From: Planctomycetota bacterium
GTDB taxonomy: Bacteria > Planctomycetota > UBA8108 > SXIK01
Length of the DNA stretch: 64,000 nucleotides
Assembly: GCA_965223845.1 (NCBI GenBank)
Contig: CBDCXR010000004.1
Location: 3,456,001 to 3,520,000 of the forward strand
Direction of reading: 5' to 3'
Position 1 is the first letter of the stretch, and every line of letters starts with the position of its first letter. Both the position numbers and the translations under genes were made by a program. Shown here in pieces: positions 26,978-36,981 of this stretch. The notes beneath the pieces were generated by a model. The model saw only the letters and a list, made by a program, of their open reading frames with translations. It had not been told where the DNA came from and made no database searches.

Positions 26978-29173
26978 ATGCAGCAGACGCTCGCCGGCGT
27001 CGTCGAGCGCGTCATATTTCGGAGCGAAGAGACCGGATTCTCGGTCCTCCTCGTACGCACGAGCGACGATCAGCCGCCGTCGACGGTGGTCGGCACGACC
27101 CCACGTGTGCACGCACACGAGTACGTCGATGCGACCGGCCAGTGGGTGGACGACGCTCAGCACGGCCGTCAGTTTCGCGCCGCCGAGCTTCGCGTCGCAC
27201 CTCCGCGAACTCGGGAGGGCATCGAAAAGTACCTCGCGTCGGGTCTCGTCGACGGAGTCGGACCACACTTCGCTCGCCAGCTCGTTGAGGCGTTCGGCGA
27301 TCAGCTCTTCGAGGTCATCGAAAACGATCCCGATCGACTGCTGACGATCCACGGCATCGGAAAGAGCCGTCAACAGCGACTGGTCGACGCTTGGGAGGAG
27401 CACGCCGCGATTCGCGACATCATGGTGTTTCTCCACTCGCACGGCCTCGGAACGGCGCGCGCGGCCAAGGTGTTCAAGACTTACGGGAGCGACGCCCTCT
27501 CGGTCGTCCGCCGGAACCCGTTCCGGCTCGCGACGGACATCACGGGGATCGGCTTCCATTCGGCGGACTCGATCGCGAAGAACCTCGGGATGCGAGCCGA
27601 TTCGCCCCTCCGAGCCGCCGCCGGCCTTCTTTTCGTTCTCAAGGAGGCGTCGACCGCGGGTCACTGCGCACTTCTTCGGGAAGACTGGCTCCGGCAGGCG
27701 ATCGCCCTCCTCGAGATCGGTGACGACGTCGTCCGCGCAGCGGCGGACGAGGTGATCGCTTCCGGAGAGGTGGTCGAGGAACAACCGATCCAGGCCGATC
27801 GCGAGACGCGCGAGCCGAACGAGCCGCGCGTGTATCTGAGTCATCTTCACCGAGCGGAGGTGCGACTCGCGCGCGGGCTCGCGCGACTCCAGGCCGGACC
27901 TCGCCCGCTCGAAGCGATTCGCACTGAACCGGCGATCGACTGGGTCGAAGAGCGAAACCGCATCCGCCTCTCCGAGAGCCAGCGCGCGGCGCTCGCGACG
28001 GCTCTCGGCGCGAAGGTCGTCGTCGTCACGGGTGGGCCGGGCGTCGGAAAGACGACGCTCGTCCGAAGTCTCCTCGAGATCTTTCGCGCGAAGAAGCTGA
28101 GATGCGTTCTCTGCGCTCCGACGGGACGGGCGGCGCGGCGCCTTGCGGAAACCACCGGTGCGGACGCGGCGACGATCCATCGCCTCCTCGAGTTCAACCC
28201 GCGCGCCGGCGGCTTTGTACGCAACGACGATCACCCGCTCGCGGGCGACGTCGTCATTCTCGACGAAGCGTCGATGGTCGACGTCCGTCTGATGCAGAGC
28301 CTCGTTCGAGCGATTCCTGCGAATGCCGCGTTCGTGGTCGTCGGCGATGTCGACCAGCTCCCGTCGGTCGGACCGGGGCAGGTTCTTCGCGACGTGATCG
28401 CGTCGGAAGCGGTTCCGGTCGTTCGCCTCACCGAGATTTTTCGTCAGAAAGACTCGAGCCGCATCGTCGAGAACGCGCATCGCATCCGCCGCGGGGAGAT
28501 TCCGATCAGCGACGGATCGCCCGATGAGATGAATGACTTCTATTTCATCGAGTCGGACCTTCCCGAAGACATCGCTTCAAAGGTCGTCACGCTCGTCAAA
28601 GATCGCATCCCGCGGCGATTCGAGCTCGATTCGATCGGAGGCATCCAGGTGCTCACACCGATGAAGCGCTCGGTGCTCGGTACGGAAGCCCTCAACTCCC
28701 GTCTCCAGGCCGCGCTCAATCCTACGGCGCGCCAACGCATCGCGCGCCGCGGGATCGAGCTCCGCGCCGGCGACAAGGTGATGCAGACGGAGAACAACTA
28801 CGATAAAGACGTTTTCAACGGTGACGTCGGTCGCGTGATCAGCATCGATCACGAGGAGAAGCAGCTCTCGGTCGACTTCGGACGCGTCGTTTCCTACCGC
28901 TTCGGCGAGCTCGACCAGCTGACGCTCGCCTACGCGTGCTCCATCCACAAGAGCCAAGGCTCCGAATACCCGGCCGTCGTCATTCCGCTTCACACGCAGC
29001 ACTTTGTCCTGCTGCAGCGGAACGTGCTCTACACCGCGGTGACACGCGGGAAGCGTCTCGTCGTCCTCGTCGGATCGCGTCGTGCACTGCAGATCGCCGT
29101 CGACCGGACGGACGGCGGCGAACGGCTTACGGGACTCCGAGAGCGACTTCGCGCGGCGTGCGGCGTGCGATAG
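26978..29173 (+). CDS. recD2: ATP-dependent RecD-like DNA helicase (RecD2)
   Basis: GVVERVIF OB region, GVGP/GIGK HhH motifs, GGPGVGKTT, DEASM, GDVDQLPSVG, LAYACSIHKSQGSEY, YTAVTRGK. Start 26900 or 26978. Confidence 0.93.
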   Translation: MQQTLAGVVERVIFRSEETGFSVLLVRTSDDQPPSTVVGTTPRVHAHEYVDATGQWVDDAQHGRQFRAAELRVAPPRTREGIEKYLASGLVDGVGPHFARQLVEAFGDQLFEVIENDPDRLLTIHGIGKSRQQRLVDAWEEHAAIRDIMVFLHSHGLGTARAAKVFKTYGSDALSVVRRNPFRLATDITGIGFHSADSIAKNLGMRADSPLRAAAGLLFVLKEASTAGHCALLREDWLRQAIALLEIGDDVVRAAADEVIASGEVVEEQPIQADRETREPNEPRVYLSHLHRAEVRLARGLARLQAGPRPLEAIRTEPAIDWVEERNRIRLSESQRAALATALGAKVVVVTGGPGVGKTTLVRSLLEIFRAKKLRCVLCAPTGRAARRLAETTGADAATIHRLLEFNPRAGGFVRNDDHPLAGDVVILDEASMVDVRLMQSLVRAIPANAAFVVVGDVDQLPSVGPGQVLRDVIASEAVPVVRLTEIFRQKDSSRIVENAHRIRRGEIPISDGSPDEMNDFYFIESDLPEDIASKVVTLVKDRIPRRFELDSIGGIQVLTPMKRSVLGTEALNSRLQAALNPTARQRIARRGIELRAGDKVMQTENNYDKDVFNGDVGRVISIDHEEKQLSVDFGRVVSYRFGELDQLTLAYACSIHKSQGSEYPAVVIPLHTQHFVLLQRNVLYTAVTRGKRLVVLVGSRRALQIAVDRTDGGERLTGLRERLRAACGVR

Positions 29174-29260
29174 ACGGTTTTCCCTCCTCCATCTCTCGCG
29201 AAGTCTCTAGTCGGATTCACCGCGCGAATCTTCCTCTCGGAAGAACGCCCGGACGCCCCA

Positions 29261-32200
29261 CTAAAACCGTCGCGTTTTCCCCGCCGGAAGCTCGCGCCGA
29301 TCGCGGAACTCGCGGTAAAGCCGCGTGTGCCGGCTCTCGAGATCGACGGGACGACCGGCGATGAACATGCGCAGGACGTGCGTCGTCATCTCGAACGGAT
29401 CACCGTCGGTGACGATGAGATCGGCGCGCTTCCCGGGCTCGATGCTCCCGAGCTCATCGTCCGCGCCGAGGATCTTCGCCGCGCCGAGGGTGAGCGCCTC
29501 GAGTCCCTTCTCCCACGGCAAACCGAACGCGACCGCGGTTCCGATCTGATAGGGAAGATTGCCCGCGTTCGACGCGTCGCTGGACTGAAATGCGATCGGA
29601 ATGCCCGCGCGGACGAGGATCCCGGGGTTTTCGTAGGGGGCGTCGTACGGATCGAACGACTCCATCGGAAGCGCGTGAACGGGGCCGAGGATCATGGGGA
29701 TCTTCCGCTCGGCCAAAAGATCGACGATCTTCCATCCTTCGCGTCCGCCGCAGATCACCGGGCGGACGTCGAGTCGCTCGGCGACCTTGATCGCGAGCCG
29801 GATGTCGATCTCGCGATTCGCATCGAAGAGAACGGGAAGCGTCTTGTCGAGATACGGGCGCAGGGAGTCGAAGCGCGGATCGATCGGCGGCAGGGCGCTG
29901 CCCGCCTCACGTGCGCTCGCGTGACCCGCGTGGTAGCGGCGAGCGGACGCGAAAAACTCTTCGAGCCGTTCGACGCCCTCAGGATCCTTCTTATCGTCGC
30001 GATTCCTCGACGGAAGTCGCACGCGAAGCCCGACGCGCGTCTCGAGCACGGCCTCTCCAGTGCTCGAGCCGGCGAGCTGAATGAGGCCCGTCTGTCCGGC
30101 GACAACCGGCCCGCTCGCCGAGACGAGAGCACTCGTGGTACCGGCGAACCGCGCGACTGGAATGAGCTCCGAATGAGCGTTGACCGCGGTCGTCGCGAGA
30201 AGATCCGGCTGAAACTCACCGACTTCCCGCCGATCCACCGAGCCGTACACCGAGTTGATCTCGGCGAGCCCGAGATAGGTCCCCGCGTCGATCCAGCCGG
30301 GGAACACGAAACGTCCTTCTAGGTCGACGATCATCGCGCCGGATGGCGCCTCGAGGCCGACGCCGACGGCAGTGATCTTTCCCGACTCGATCAAGACATC
30401 GCCGCCTTCGATCGGCGGCGAGCTCACGGGATGAACGCGCGCCCCCTTGAGGAGATAGACGTGACGGCCATTTCGGTCCGGTGCAGGCGGGAGCTCCGCC
30501 GTCACCGGAGCGAAGGTGACGGTTTTCGGCGCGTCCCCTTCGGCGCGCGGGCGCGCAAACTCGATCTCGCCCTCGACGAACGTGTAGCGACATCGCGCGT
30601 AGACGCTTAGCGGATGCGCGTCGAAAACAGCGACATCTCCGTCCTTTCCGACTTCGAGCGAGCCGACGCGGTCGAAGATTCCGAGTTGGCGCGCGGGACC
30701 GGTCGTGATGAGCTCGAGGGCAGCGTGGTGGTCGAGGCCGCCAGCACGTACGGATTTCGCGGCTTCGTGGTTCAGTCGACGCACCATCTCGCGGTCGTCC
30801 GAGTTGACCGACGAAACGACCCCCGCGCGCGCAAGGAGCGCGGCATTGTGCGGGATCGCGTCGTAGGCCTCGAGCTTGTAGGCCCACCAGTCGCTGAATG
30901 TCGACGCCCCGACTCCCGCCGCCGCGATTTCCGGTGCGACCTTGTATCCTTCGAGGACGTGCTGGAGGGTCGCCAGCGGAAGATCGAGCTCGCGCGCCGC
31001 GCGGAGGAGCATCTCGATCTCGTCGGCGCGGTAACAGTGCGCGTGGATCCAGCGCGTTCCACTGCGAATCTCGCTGAGCGTCTCGAGTCGGAGATCTCGC
31101 CGCGGCGGCAGACGCCGCTCGCCGCGAGCGGTCGCTTCCGCGTGGGCGCCCCACCGAGAACGGTACGCGTCGGCCTCGGCAAACGCGCGGCGGATCACCG
31201 TCTCCACACCCATGCGGCTGATCGGATATCGCGTTCCGCGGCGAGTCGAAAAGTTCGAGTGGCGGACGTTCTCCCCGAGCGCGAATTTCACGCCGGGTGG
31301 AGCGTCCGGAAAGAGGAACCGGTCGCGCGCCGCGCGGTAGCGGCTTCGGACGACGGCGTTCTGTCCACCGATCGTGTTCGCACTTCCGTGGAGGAGATTC
31401 GACGTCGTCACGCCGCCCGCGGCGGCACGGTAGATTCCGAGATCGCGCGAGTTGAGCACGTCTTCGATGCGGACTTCGCAGGTGATCGAGAGCGAAGATT
31501 CGTTCACGCCGCCTTCGATCGCGAGGTGCGAGTGACAGTCAACGATGCCGGGCATGACGAACCAGCCCGCGCAATCCACGATCTCGACTCCGTCGGTAGC
31601 TTCGAGAGTCGCGCCGATCCCGGCGATCTTTCCGCCGCGGATGAGAACGTCGGCGACCGAGGGAGCGTCGCGGCTCGCCATCGTAATCACGGTGCCGCCG
31701 CGGAGAAGAACGTCGCCGCCCGTCCGCACTTTCGCGATTCGGTCCTCGTCGAGCTCGGTCGCGTAGGTCGGCGGAGGCTCCTCCGGCTTCGACTTCTCAC
31801 CCTCTTTCTTTTCTGCGGCTGGTTCGTCGCCCTCCTTCGGCGGCGCGTCCTTCGCTTCGGGCGGCTTCGGCTCGCCTTCGGCTTTCGTCTCCGCGCTCTT
31901 CTCTTCGTCTTTCGCTTGGTTTTCGTCCGGCTCGGCGAACTCGAACCGCGCGCCGTCGACGAAGAGCTCGCGCACGCGCGCCTTCTCGTCGGTGATGCGC
32001 GCAGTCCAAAGAGCGAAGCTCGCGGTCTTTCCGACCTCGATCGAACCGATCGTCTCGTCGACGCCCAAGATTTCCGCCGCGCTCAGAGTAAGCGCGCGAA
32101 CCGCCGCGCCCTCGTCGAGACCGTGCTTGAGTGCGGTGCGCACTCGACCGAACAGAGCAGCGAAATCGCCGGACGACGCGCTCCCGAACGCGAAGGACAC

Positions 32201-33319
32201 TCCGCCCTCGGCGAGGCGCTGCGCGGTGCCGACGCTCTCGCGCCAGGTCCGCCGTCGATCTTCTTGAACGCGAAGCGGAAGCGCGTCGACTCCTCTGCGG
32301 AGTTCCGGCTCTTTGGGATCAAACTCGGGCACGAGCACGATGGCGACGCCGGCATCCCGAAGCGGCTCGACCAGCTCGTGGGCTGAAGTCGCGCCCGTGA
32401 TCGTGAGCCGCAGGTCGAACTCACTCGCGAGGCGGAGGGCGCGGGCGATGTCGTTGACCGATCGCGCGAGGAAATATAGCGTCTGAGTCCCGTCGACGAC
32501 GGGGCCGAGAGACTCGAGCGAAGTGTCGAGAGGCGGACGAGGAAGGCCGCGCGGACTGCGCCGGTAGACCGCGTGCACCTCGCGGTAATGGCGCGCATCG
32601 AGGAGGGTCTGACGCACATGGGCGATCCGTCCCATGAGAGACCGCGGATATCCCGATCCCGAGCTCGACAGCCCGCCCCGCATCCCCGCGGCCGAAGCGA
32701 TGACGTTCTCGCGGAGCGACCCTGCTCCCAGCGAGACGACGGCCGTCTTGCCGGCGAAGAGCCCGCCGCGCTCGCCGACGTGCGCAGCTCCGAGTGCGAG
32801 ACGCCGCGCGGCGTCCAGCGCGCCGCTCTCCGGTTCCCAGACGTCGAGGACGTCGCGCTCGGGCGTCGTGCCGATTCGACGCGCGCTCCGCGTCGCGGGC
32901 GCGGGTCCGGCACGGTAATCGGGCGGAGCATCGGAGTTTCGCGAGTCGCGCGTTCTAGATGAGATTCCTTCGTAGCTGAGCGCGTCGATCCACGACGGAT
33001 AGACGAACGCGCCGGTCGCATCGACGCGCTCGGCGCGCGCGTGATCGGGTGGGAGGTCCACGCCGACGCCGACCCCGAAGATGAGCCCGTCGCGAACGAC
33101 GATCGTTGCTCCTTCGATCCAATTCGCGTCGCTCGGATCTCCGACGAGCACGCGGGCGTTCTCGACGATGAAGAACTCCCGTTCGGTCCCCGCGCGCGCA
33201 GACGGCGAGGCCGCAACCCCGCTCGCCACGAGGAGCGCGAGCCATCCCACGCGCCGCAACGCGAGACCGAAAGTGGATGAGAAACACGGAGCGATCGATC
33301 CAAGCCCGACGCACGCCAT
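29261..33319 (-). CDS. Large secreted amidohydrolase-family protein with three tandem amidohydrolase domains
   Basis: Three copies of the pattern ..G..D.G..V.P..ID.. / G[ST][IL]E[VP]GK.[AG]; only the middle copy has DCHSH. Start uncertain. Confidence 0.85.
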   Translation of the reverse strand: MACVGLGSIAPCFSSTFGLALRRVGWLALLVASGVAASPSARAGTEREFFIVENARVLVGDPSDANWIEGATIVVRDGLIFGVGVGVDLPPDHARAERVDATGAFVYPSWIDALSYEGISSRTRDSRNSDAPPDYRAGPAPATRSARRIGTTPERDVLDVWEPESGALDAARRLALGAAHVGERGGLFAGKTAVVSLGAGSLRENVIASAAGMRGGLSSSGSGYPRSLMGRIAHVRQTLLDARHYREVHAVYRRSPRGLPRPPLDTSLESLGPVVDGTQTLYFLARSVNDIARALRLASEFDLRLTITGATSAHELVEPLRDAGVAIVLVPEFDPKEPELRRGVDALPLRVQEDRRRTWRESVGTAQRLAEGGVSFAFGSASSGDFAALFGRVRTALKHGLDEGAAVRALTLSAAEILGVDETIGSIEVGKTASFALWTARITDEKARVRELFVDGARFEFAEPDENQAKDEEKSAETKAEGEPKPPEAKDAPPKEGDEPAAEKKEGEKSKPEEPPPTYATELDEDRIAKVRTGGDVLLRGGTVITMASRDAPSVADVLIRGGKIAGIGATLEATDGVEIVDCAGWFVMPGIVDCHSHLAIEGGVNESSLSITCEVRIEDVLNSRDLGIYRAAAGGVTTSNLLHGSANTIGGQNAVVRSRYRAARDRFLFPDAPPGVKFALGENVRHSNFSTRRGTRYPISRMGVETVIRRAFAEADAYRSRWGAHAEATARGERRLPPRRDLRLETLSEIRSGTRWIHAHCYRADEIEMLLRAARELDLPLATLQHVLEGYKVAPEIAAAGVGASTFSDWWAYKLEAYDAIPHNAALLARAGVVSSVNSDDREMVRRLNHEAAKSVRAGGLDHHAALELITTGPARQLGIFDRVGSLEVGKDGDVAVFDAHPLSVYARCRYTFVEGEIEFARPRAEGDAPKTVTFAPVTAELPPAPDRNGRHVYLLKGARVHPVSSPPIEGGDVLIESGKITAVGVGLEAPSGAMIVDLEGRFVFPGWIDAGTYLGLAEINSVYGSVDRREVGEFQPDLLATTAVNAHSELIPVARFAGTTSALVSASGPVVAGQTGLIQLAGSSTGEAVLETRVGLRVRLPSRNRDDKKDPEGVERLEEFFASARRYHAGHASAREAGSALPPIDPRFDSLRPYLDKTLPVLFDANREIDIRLAIKVAERLDVRPVICGGREGWKIVDLLAERKIPMILGPVHALPMESFDPYDAPYENPGILVRAGIPIAFQSSDASNAGNLPYQIGTAVAFGLPWEKGLEALTLGAAKILGADDELGSIEPGKRADLIVTDGDPFEMTTHVLRMFIAGRPVDLESRHTRLYREFRDRRELPAGKTRRF

Positions 33320-33549
33320 ATCGCGATCCCCGAAACGCAAATCGATGAGGGAGCCGCTCCGCGCGCGGCGCACGGCCGCGATCGTCGCCACCCGTTGTCG
33401 GCGCGAATCGAACGGAGCAGGGAAGGTAGCCGCAATTCTATGCGGCGCCCCTCACCGTGACCACGCCGACGACGGCCGGCGTGGACATCCGGCGGTCTCC
33501 GGACCGACGTGCACCGAACTTCCGGCGTACCGTCGTCGCTTCCGCGGGC

Positions 33550-33639
33550 TCAACGGCGTTCGTCGCGCACGATGACCCACACCGTGCCGAACACCAGCAT
33601 CGCGCTCACGAGAATCACTCCGAGCTGATCGAATCCCAT
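33550..33639 (-). CDS. Putative 29-aa single-pass membrane peptide
   Basis: Manual translation MGFDQLGVILVSAMLVFGTVWVIVRDERR*, AAGGTG upstream, GC3-rich codons; below the ORF-track size cutoff. Confidence 0.5.
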   Translation of the reverse strand: MGFDQLGVILVSAMLVFGTVWVIVRDERR

Positions 33640-33702
33640 CGCTCGCACCTTGCTACCGTGATCCGTCGCGGTCGCGCGCTAAGGGTCCGCGCGGATCGCG
33701 TC

Positions 33703-34191
33703 CTAGGTGAGGTCGCTCCCGCGCGCGATCGCGACACTTCCCGATCGAATCATCTCGATGATCTCGTACTCGCTCATCGCATTCTCGAACGCGTCGACCT
33801 TCTCCGAGGAACCCGTGAGCTCGAGGATGAGACTCTCGTTCCCCATATCGACCGTCTTCGCACGGAATACCTCGGCGATCTGCAGGACTTCGCTCCGGAG
33901 CTCCCTCGAGACCTTGACCTTGAAGAGAGCCAGCTCGCGGGTCACCGACGACTCGGTTTCGTGCTCGGCGGCGCGGACGACGTCGACGAGCTTGCCGAGC
34001 TGCTTGATGATCTGATCGAGCACGGCCGGGTCGCCGTGCGAGTCGATCGTCATGCGCGAGAACCCCTTCGTGTGGCCCTTGCTGACGACGAGAGAATCAA
34101 TATTGTAGCCGCGCCGAGCAAACACTTGTGCGATGCGCGACAGGACGCCCGGACGGTCGTGAACGCGGACGCTGATCGTGTGCTTCGTCAT
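33703..34191 (-). CDS. ilvN: Acetolactate synthase small (regulatory) subunit
   Basis: ACT domain DRPGVLSRIAQVFARRGYNIDSL, QIIKQLGKLVDV, RELAL. Confidence 0.95.
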   Translation of the reverse strand: MTKHTISVRVHDRPGVLSRIAQVFARRGYNIDSLVVSKGHTKGFSRMTIDSHGDPAVLDQIIKQLGKLVDVVRAAEHETESSVTRELALFKVKVSRELRSEVLQIAEVFRAKTVDMGNESLILELTGSSEKVDAFENAMSEYEIIEMIRSGSVAIARGSDLT

Positions 34192-34192
34192 C

Positions 34193-35893
34193 TCACGTGC
34201 TCCCTTCCGGCTTCGCGAGTTTCGTCTTCGGAGGCTCGATCAGCATTTCGCTCACCGCGGCGCCCGCCGGAATCATCGGGAAGACGTTGTCTTCCTTCTC
34301 GACGACGGCGTCGATCACGCAGGGTCCATCGTTGTACTCGATCGCCTGCGTGAGAATTCGGCGAACGTCTCCGCTCCGCCGGATTCGGAGTCCGCGTGCT
34401 CCGTAGGACTCGGCCAGGCGGACGAAGTCCGGGTTCCCGTGGAGGTCTACCCCGGAGAGCCGGTTGTCGAAGAAGAGCTGCTGCCACTGGCGCACCATGC
34501 CCAGATACGCGTTGTTGACGATGAGGACCTTGACCGGAAGGCGGTGGATGACCGCGGTCGAGAGTTCGGCGAGCGTCATTTGGAAGCCGCCATCGCCGAC
34601 CACGGCCCACACGGGATGATCGGGGCGACCGAACTGCGCTCCGATGGCCGCCGGAAAGCCGAAGCCCATCGTTCCCGCGCCGCCGCTCGACACCCACTGG
34701 TAGTCGAGCGAAGTGCGGTAGAACTGCGCGCACCACATCTGATGCTGCCCGACGTCCGTCGTGACGATCGCTTTGCCGTCGGTGAGCTCGTAAAGCCGAT
34801 CGAGAACGTACTGCGCCTTGAGCCCACCCTTTTTCGGGTACTTGAGCGGATAGCGCTTCTTCCACCCGTTGACGGTTTCGATCCACTCGTCCGTGTCGAG
34901 TGCGTGCACGTGCTTGTTGAGCTCGGTGATGATCTCCCTCGCATCGCCCACGAGCGACACGTCCGGCTGGATGACCTTGCCGAATTCCGCCCGGTCGATG
35001 TCGACGTGGATCTTCTTCGCCGTCGGACAGAACTCGCTCAACTTCCCGGTGATGCGATCGTCCCAGCGCCCTCCGATGCACATGATGAGATCGCAATCGA
35101 CGACCGCCTTGTTGGCGTAGGCAGTTCCGTGCATTCCCATCATTCCGAGCGAGAGCTCGTGGGTCTCCGGAAAGCCGCCCTTCCCGAGGAGCGTCGTCAC
35201 GACGGGAGCGCGGAGCTTCTCCGCAAACTCCTTCACGACTTCAGACGCGCGCGAAATCAGGACGCCGTGACCGACGTAGAGGAGCGGTCGGCGCGCGTTG
35301 TGCAGAAGATCGGCGGCCGCGTAGATGTTCTCGATATCGCAGCTTCCCGGGATGACGTACCCGGGGAGATCCGACGATTCGGGGAACGTCGCCGTGCACT
35401 CGGCCGAAGCGACATCCTTCGGCACGTCGATGAGCACCGGCCCCGGCCGCCCCGAGTTGCAGATGTGAAACGCCTCCTTCATCACCCGCGGTAGATCGTT
35501 CGGATCCTTGACGAGGTAGGAGTGCTTCACGACCGGGATCGTGACGCCGAAGATGTCGGCCTCTTGGAATGCGTCCTTCCCGAGCATCGGGGTGATCTGC
35601 TGCCCGCAGATGACGACGAGCGGAACCGAGTCCATGTGCGCGGTGAGGAGGCCCGTGACGGTGTTCGTCGCCCCCGGGCCGCTCGTCACGAGGACGACTC
35701 CCGGTTTCCCCGTCGCGCGTGCGTACCCATCCGCCATGTGGGTCGCGCCCTGTTCGTGACGCGTGAGGATGAGGTTAATCTTGGCGTCGAGAATCGCGTC
35801 GAACACCGGCATCACGGCGCCGCCCGGCAATCCGAAGACGTACTCGACGTTCTCGCGGCGAAGCGCCTCGATGATGACGTCGGCTCCAGTCAT
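34193..35893 (-). CDS. ilvB: Acetolactate synthase large subunit
   Basis: [49 protein letters not shown] ThDP motif, LGMVRQWQ. Confidence 0.96.
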   Translation of the reverse strand: MTGADVIIEALRRENVEYVFGLPGGAVMPVFDAILDAKINLILTRHEQGATHMADGYARATGKPGVVLVTSGPGATNTVTGLLTAHMDSVPLVVICGQQITPMLGKDAFQEADIFGVTIPVVKHSYLVKDPNDLPRVMKEAFHICNSGRPGPVLIDVPKDVASAECTATFPESSDLPGYVIPGSCDIENIYAAADLLHNARRPLLYVGHGVLISRASEVVKEFAEKLRAPVVTTLLGKGGFPETHELSLGMMGMHGTAYANKAVVDCDLIMCIGGRWDDRITGKLSEFCPTAKKIHVDIDRAEFGKVIQPDVSLVGDAREIITELNKHVHALDTDEWIETVNGWKKRYPLKYPKKGGLKAQYVLDRLYELTDGKAIVTTDVGQHQMWCAQFYRTSLDYQWVSSGGAGTMGFGFPAAIGAQFGRPDHPVWAVVGDGGFQMTLAELSTAVIHRLPVKVLIVNNAYLGMVRQWQQLFFDNRLSGVDLHGNPDFVRLAESYGARGLRIRRSGDVRRILTQAIEYNDGPCVIDAVVEKEDNVFPMIPAGAAVSEMLIEPPKTKLAKPEGST

Positions 35894-36022
35894 GGTCGCT
35901 ATCCTCTCCCTCCGGCCTCCGCCGGGCACGGGTTAGACAATTCGGCTCGAAACAGCCCCTTCAAGAGAGATCGGCTCGTCGACGGACAGGATCTGAGAGA
36001 CAAATCGCCCGAACGAGCGATG

Positions 36023-36068
36023 AAAAAAGTTCGTAGGCTTAGATTTCGATTCGAAATCAGCAACGAAC
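36023..36068 (-). promoter_or_regulatory. Hairpin plus U-tract upstream of ilvB (possible attenuator terminator or operator palindrome)
   Basis: Minus strand GTTCGTTGCTGATTTCGAATCGAAATCTAAGCCTACGAAC-TTTTTT, 130 nt before the ilvB ATG. Confidence 0.4.
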
Positions 36069-36981
36069 GATCCCCCACCCTTCGCCCTGAGGCGATAAAG
36101 GGGGAGAATCCCGCAAATCCCACGCAAACCGCAGGGCAATCGAAAAAGAATAGCGACAAATGAGCCTCCCTTCTACATCGGAGCGCCCAAAATGGCGGTC
36201 GTTTTGGACATCTGGCCCTCGTCTGGCCGACCTTGCGGGGAAATAGGCTCAATTCACCCACACAATGCGCCCCCATCGCGTGAGAGCCGAGCTAACGTGA
36301 CCATTCCTCAGCCAAATCGGCGAGCGCGGGCGTAGCCCTCCGCACGGAGCCGAGTTCAGCCCCCGCGCGAGACTCGAGTGCGCTCCGGGCCGCTCGAGGA
36401 TCGGCGAGCTGCACCCGGCGGGCGGCCGCGCTTCGATTCGGACGGCACCGGTCCGCCGTTCTCCGGTTCGCGGGGAAGTCTCCGGCAACTCACGCGTGGT
36501 CGCTCTCGGTGGCAACGCTTCGGCGTGGCGGGTTTCCGTCGTGCTTGCCATCTACGCTCGACCGCTATGGAAACAGACGAAATCTTCGCGAACGGCGAAT
36601 CGCGAAAAACTACCGACCTCGCGAAGTTGACCTCCCTCCGGACAGGGTAGAGAATTGCCCTCAGGGACGGGGTTGTTCGCGCTCGCGTGGTGGCCGTTTG
36701 CGGGGATTCTTTCCGATTTGGGAGAGCTGTCCAACGGCGGATCCGTGGGTTCGAGCGTCGGCATTTCGTCCTGATTGGCGTGTTCGTCCGACGCGCCCGC
36801 CCCGCTGCTCCGAACAACTCTCAATCGCGGCATTCATCGCGTCCATCGCGGCAGTCAACTTTCGCGCGGGCAACGTTCGCGCGGGGATCGCGTTCCGTGC
36901 ACGTCTCGGCCGAAAACCGGGGCGCTGTCTCCGCTATCCAAAGACCGCCCGCGGACGGAGAAAGGCAATCAGGGAGCCTCT

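Noticed and set aside
24090-29173. DUF72 plus RecD2 as a defence or repair system
   Set aside because: Divergent orientation with unrelated genes between them; both are widespread stand-alone genes
35899-36276. ORFs upstream of ilvB as a leader peptide
   Set aside because: Too long, with no tandem Ile/Leu/Val control codons and atypical codon usage
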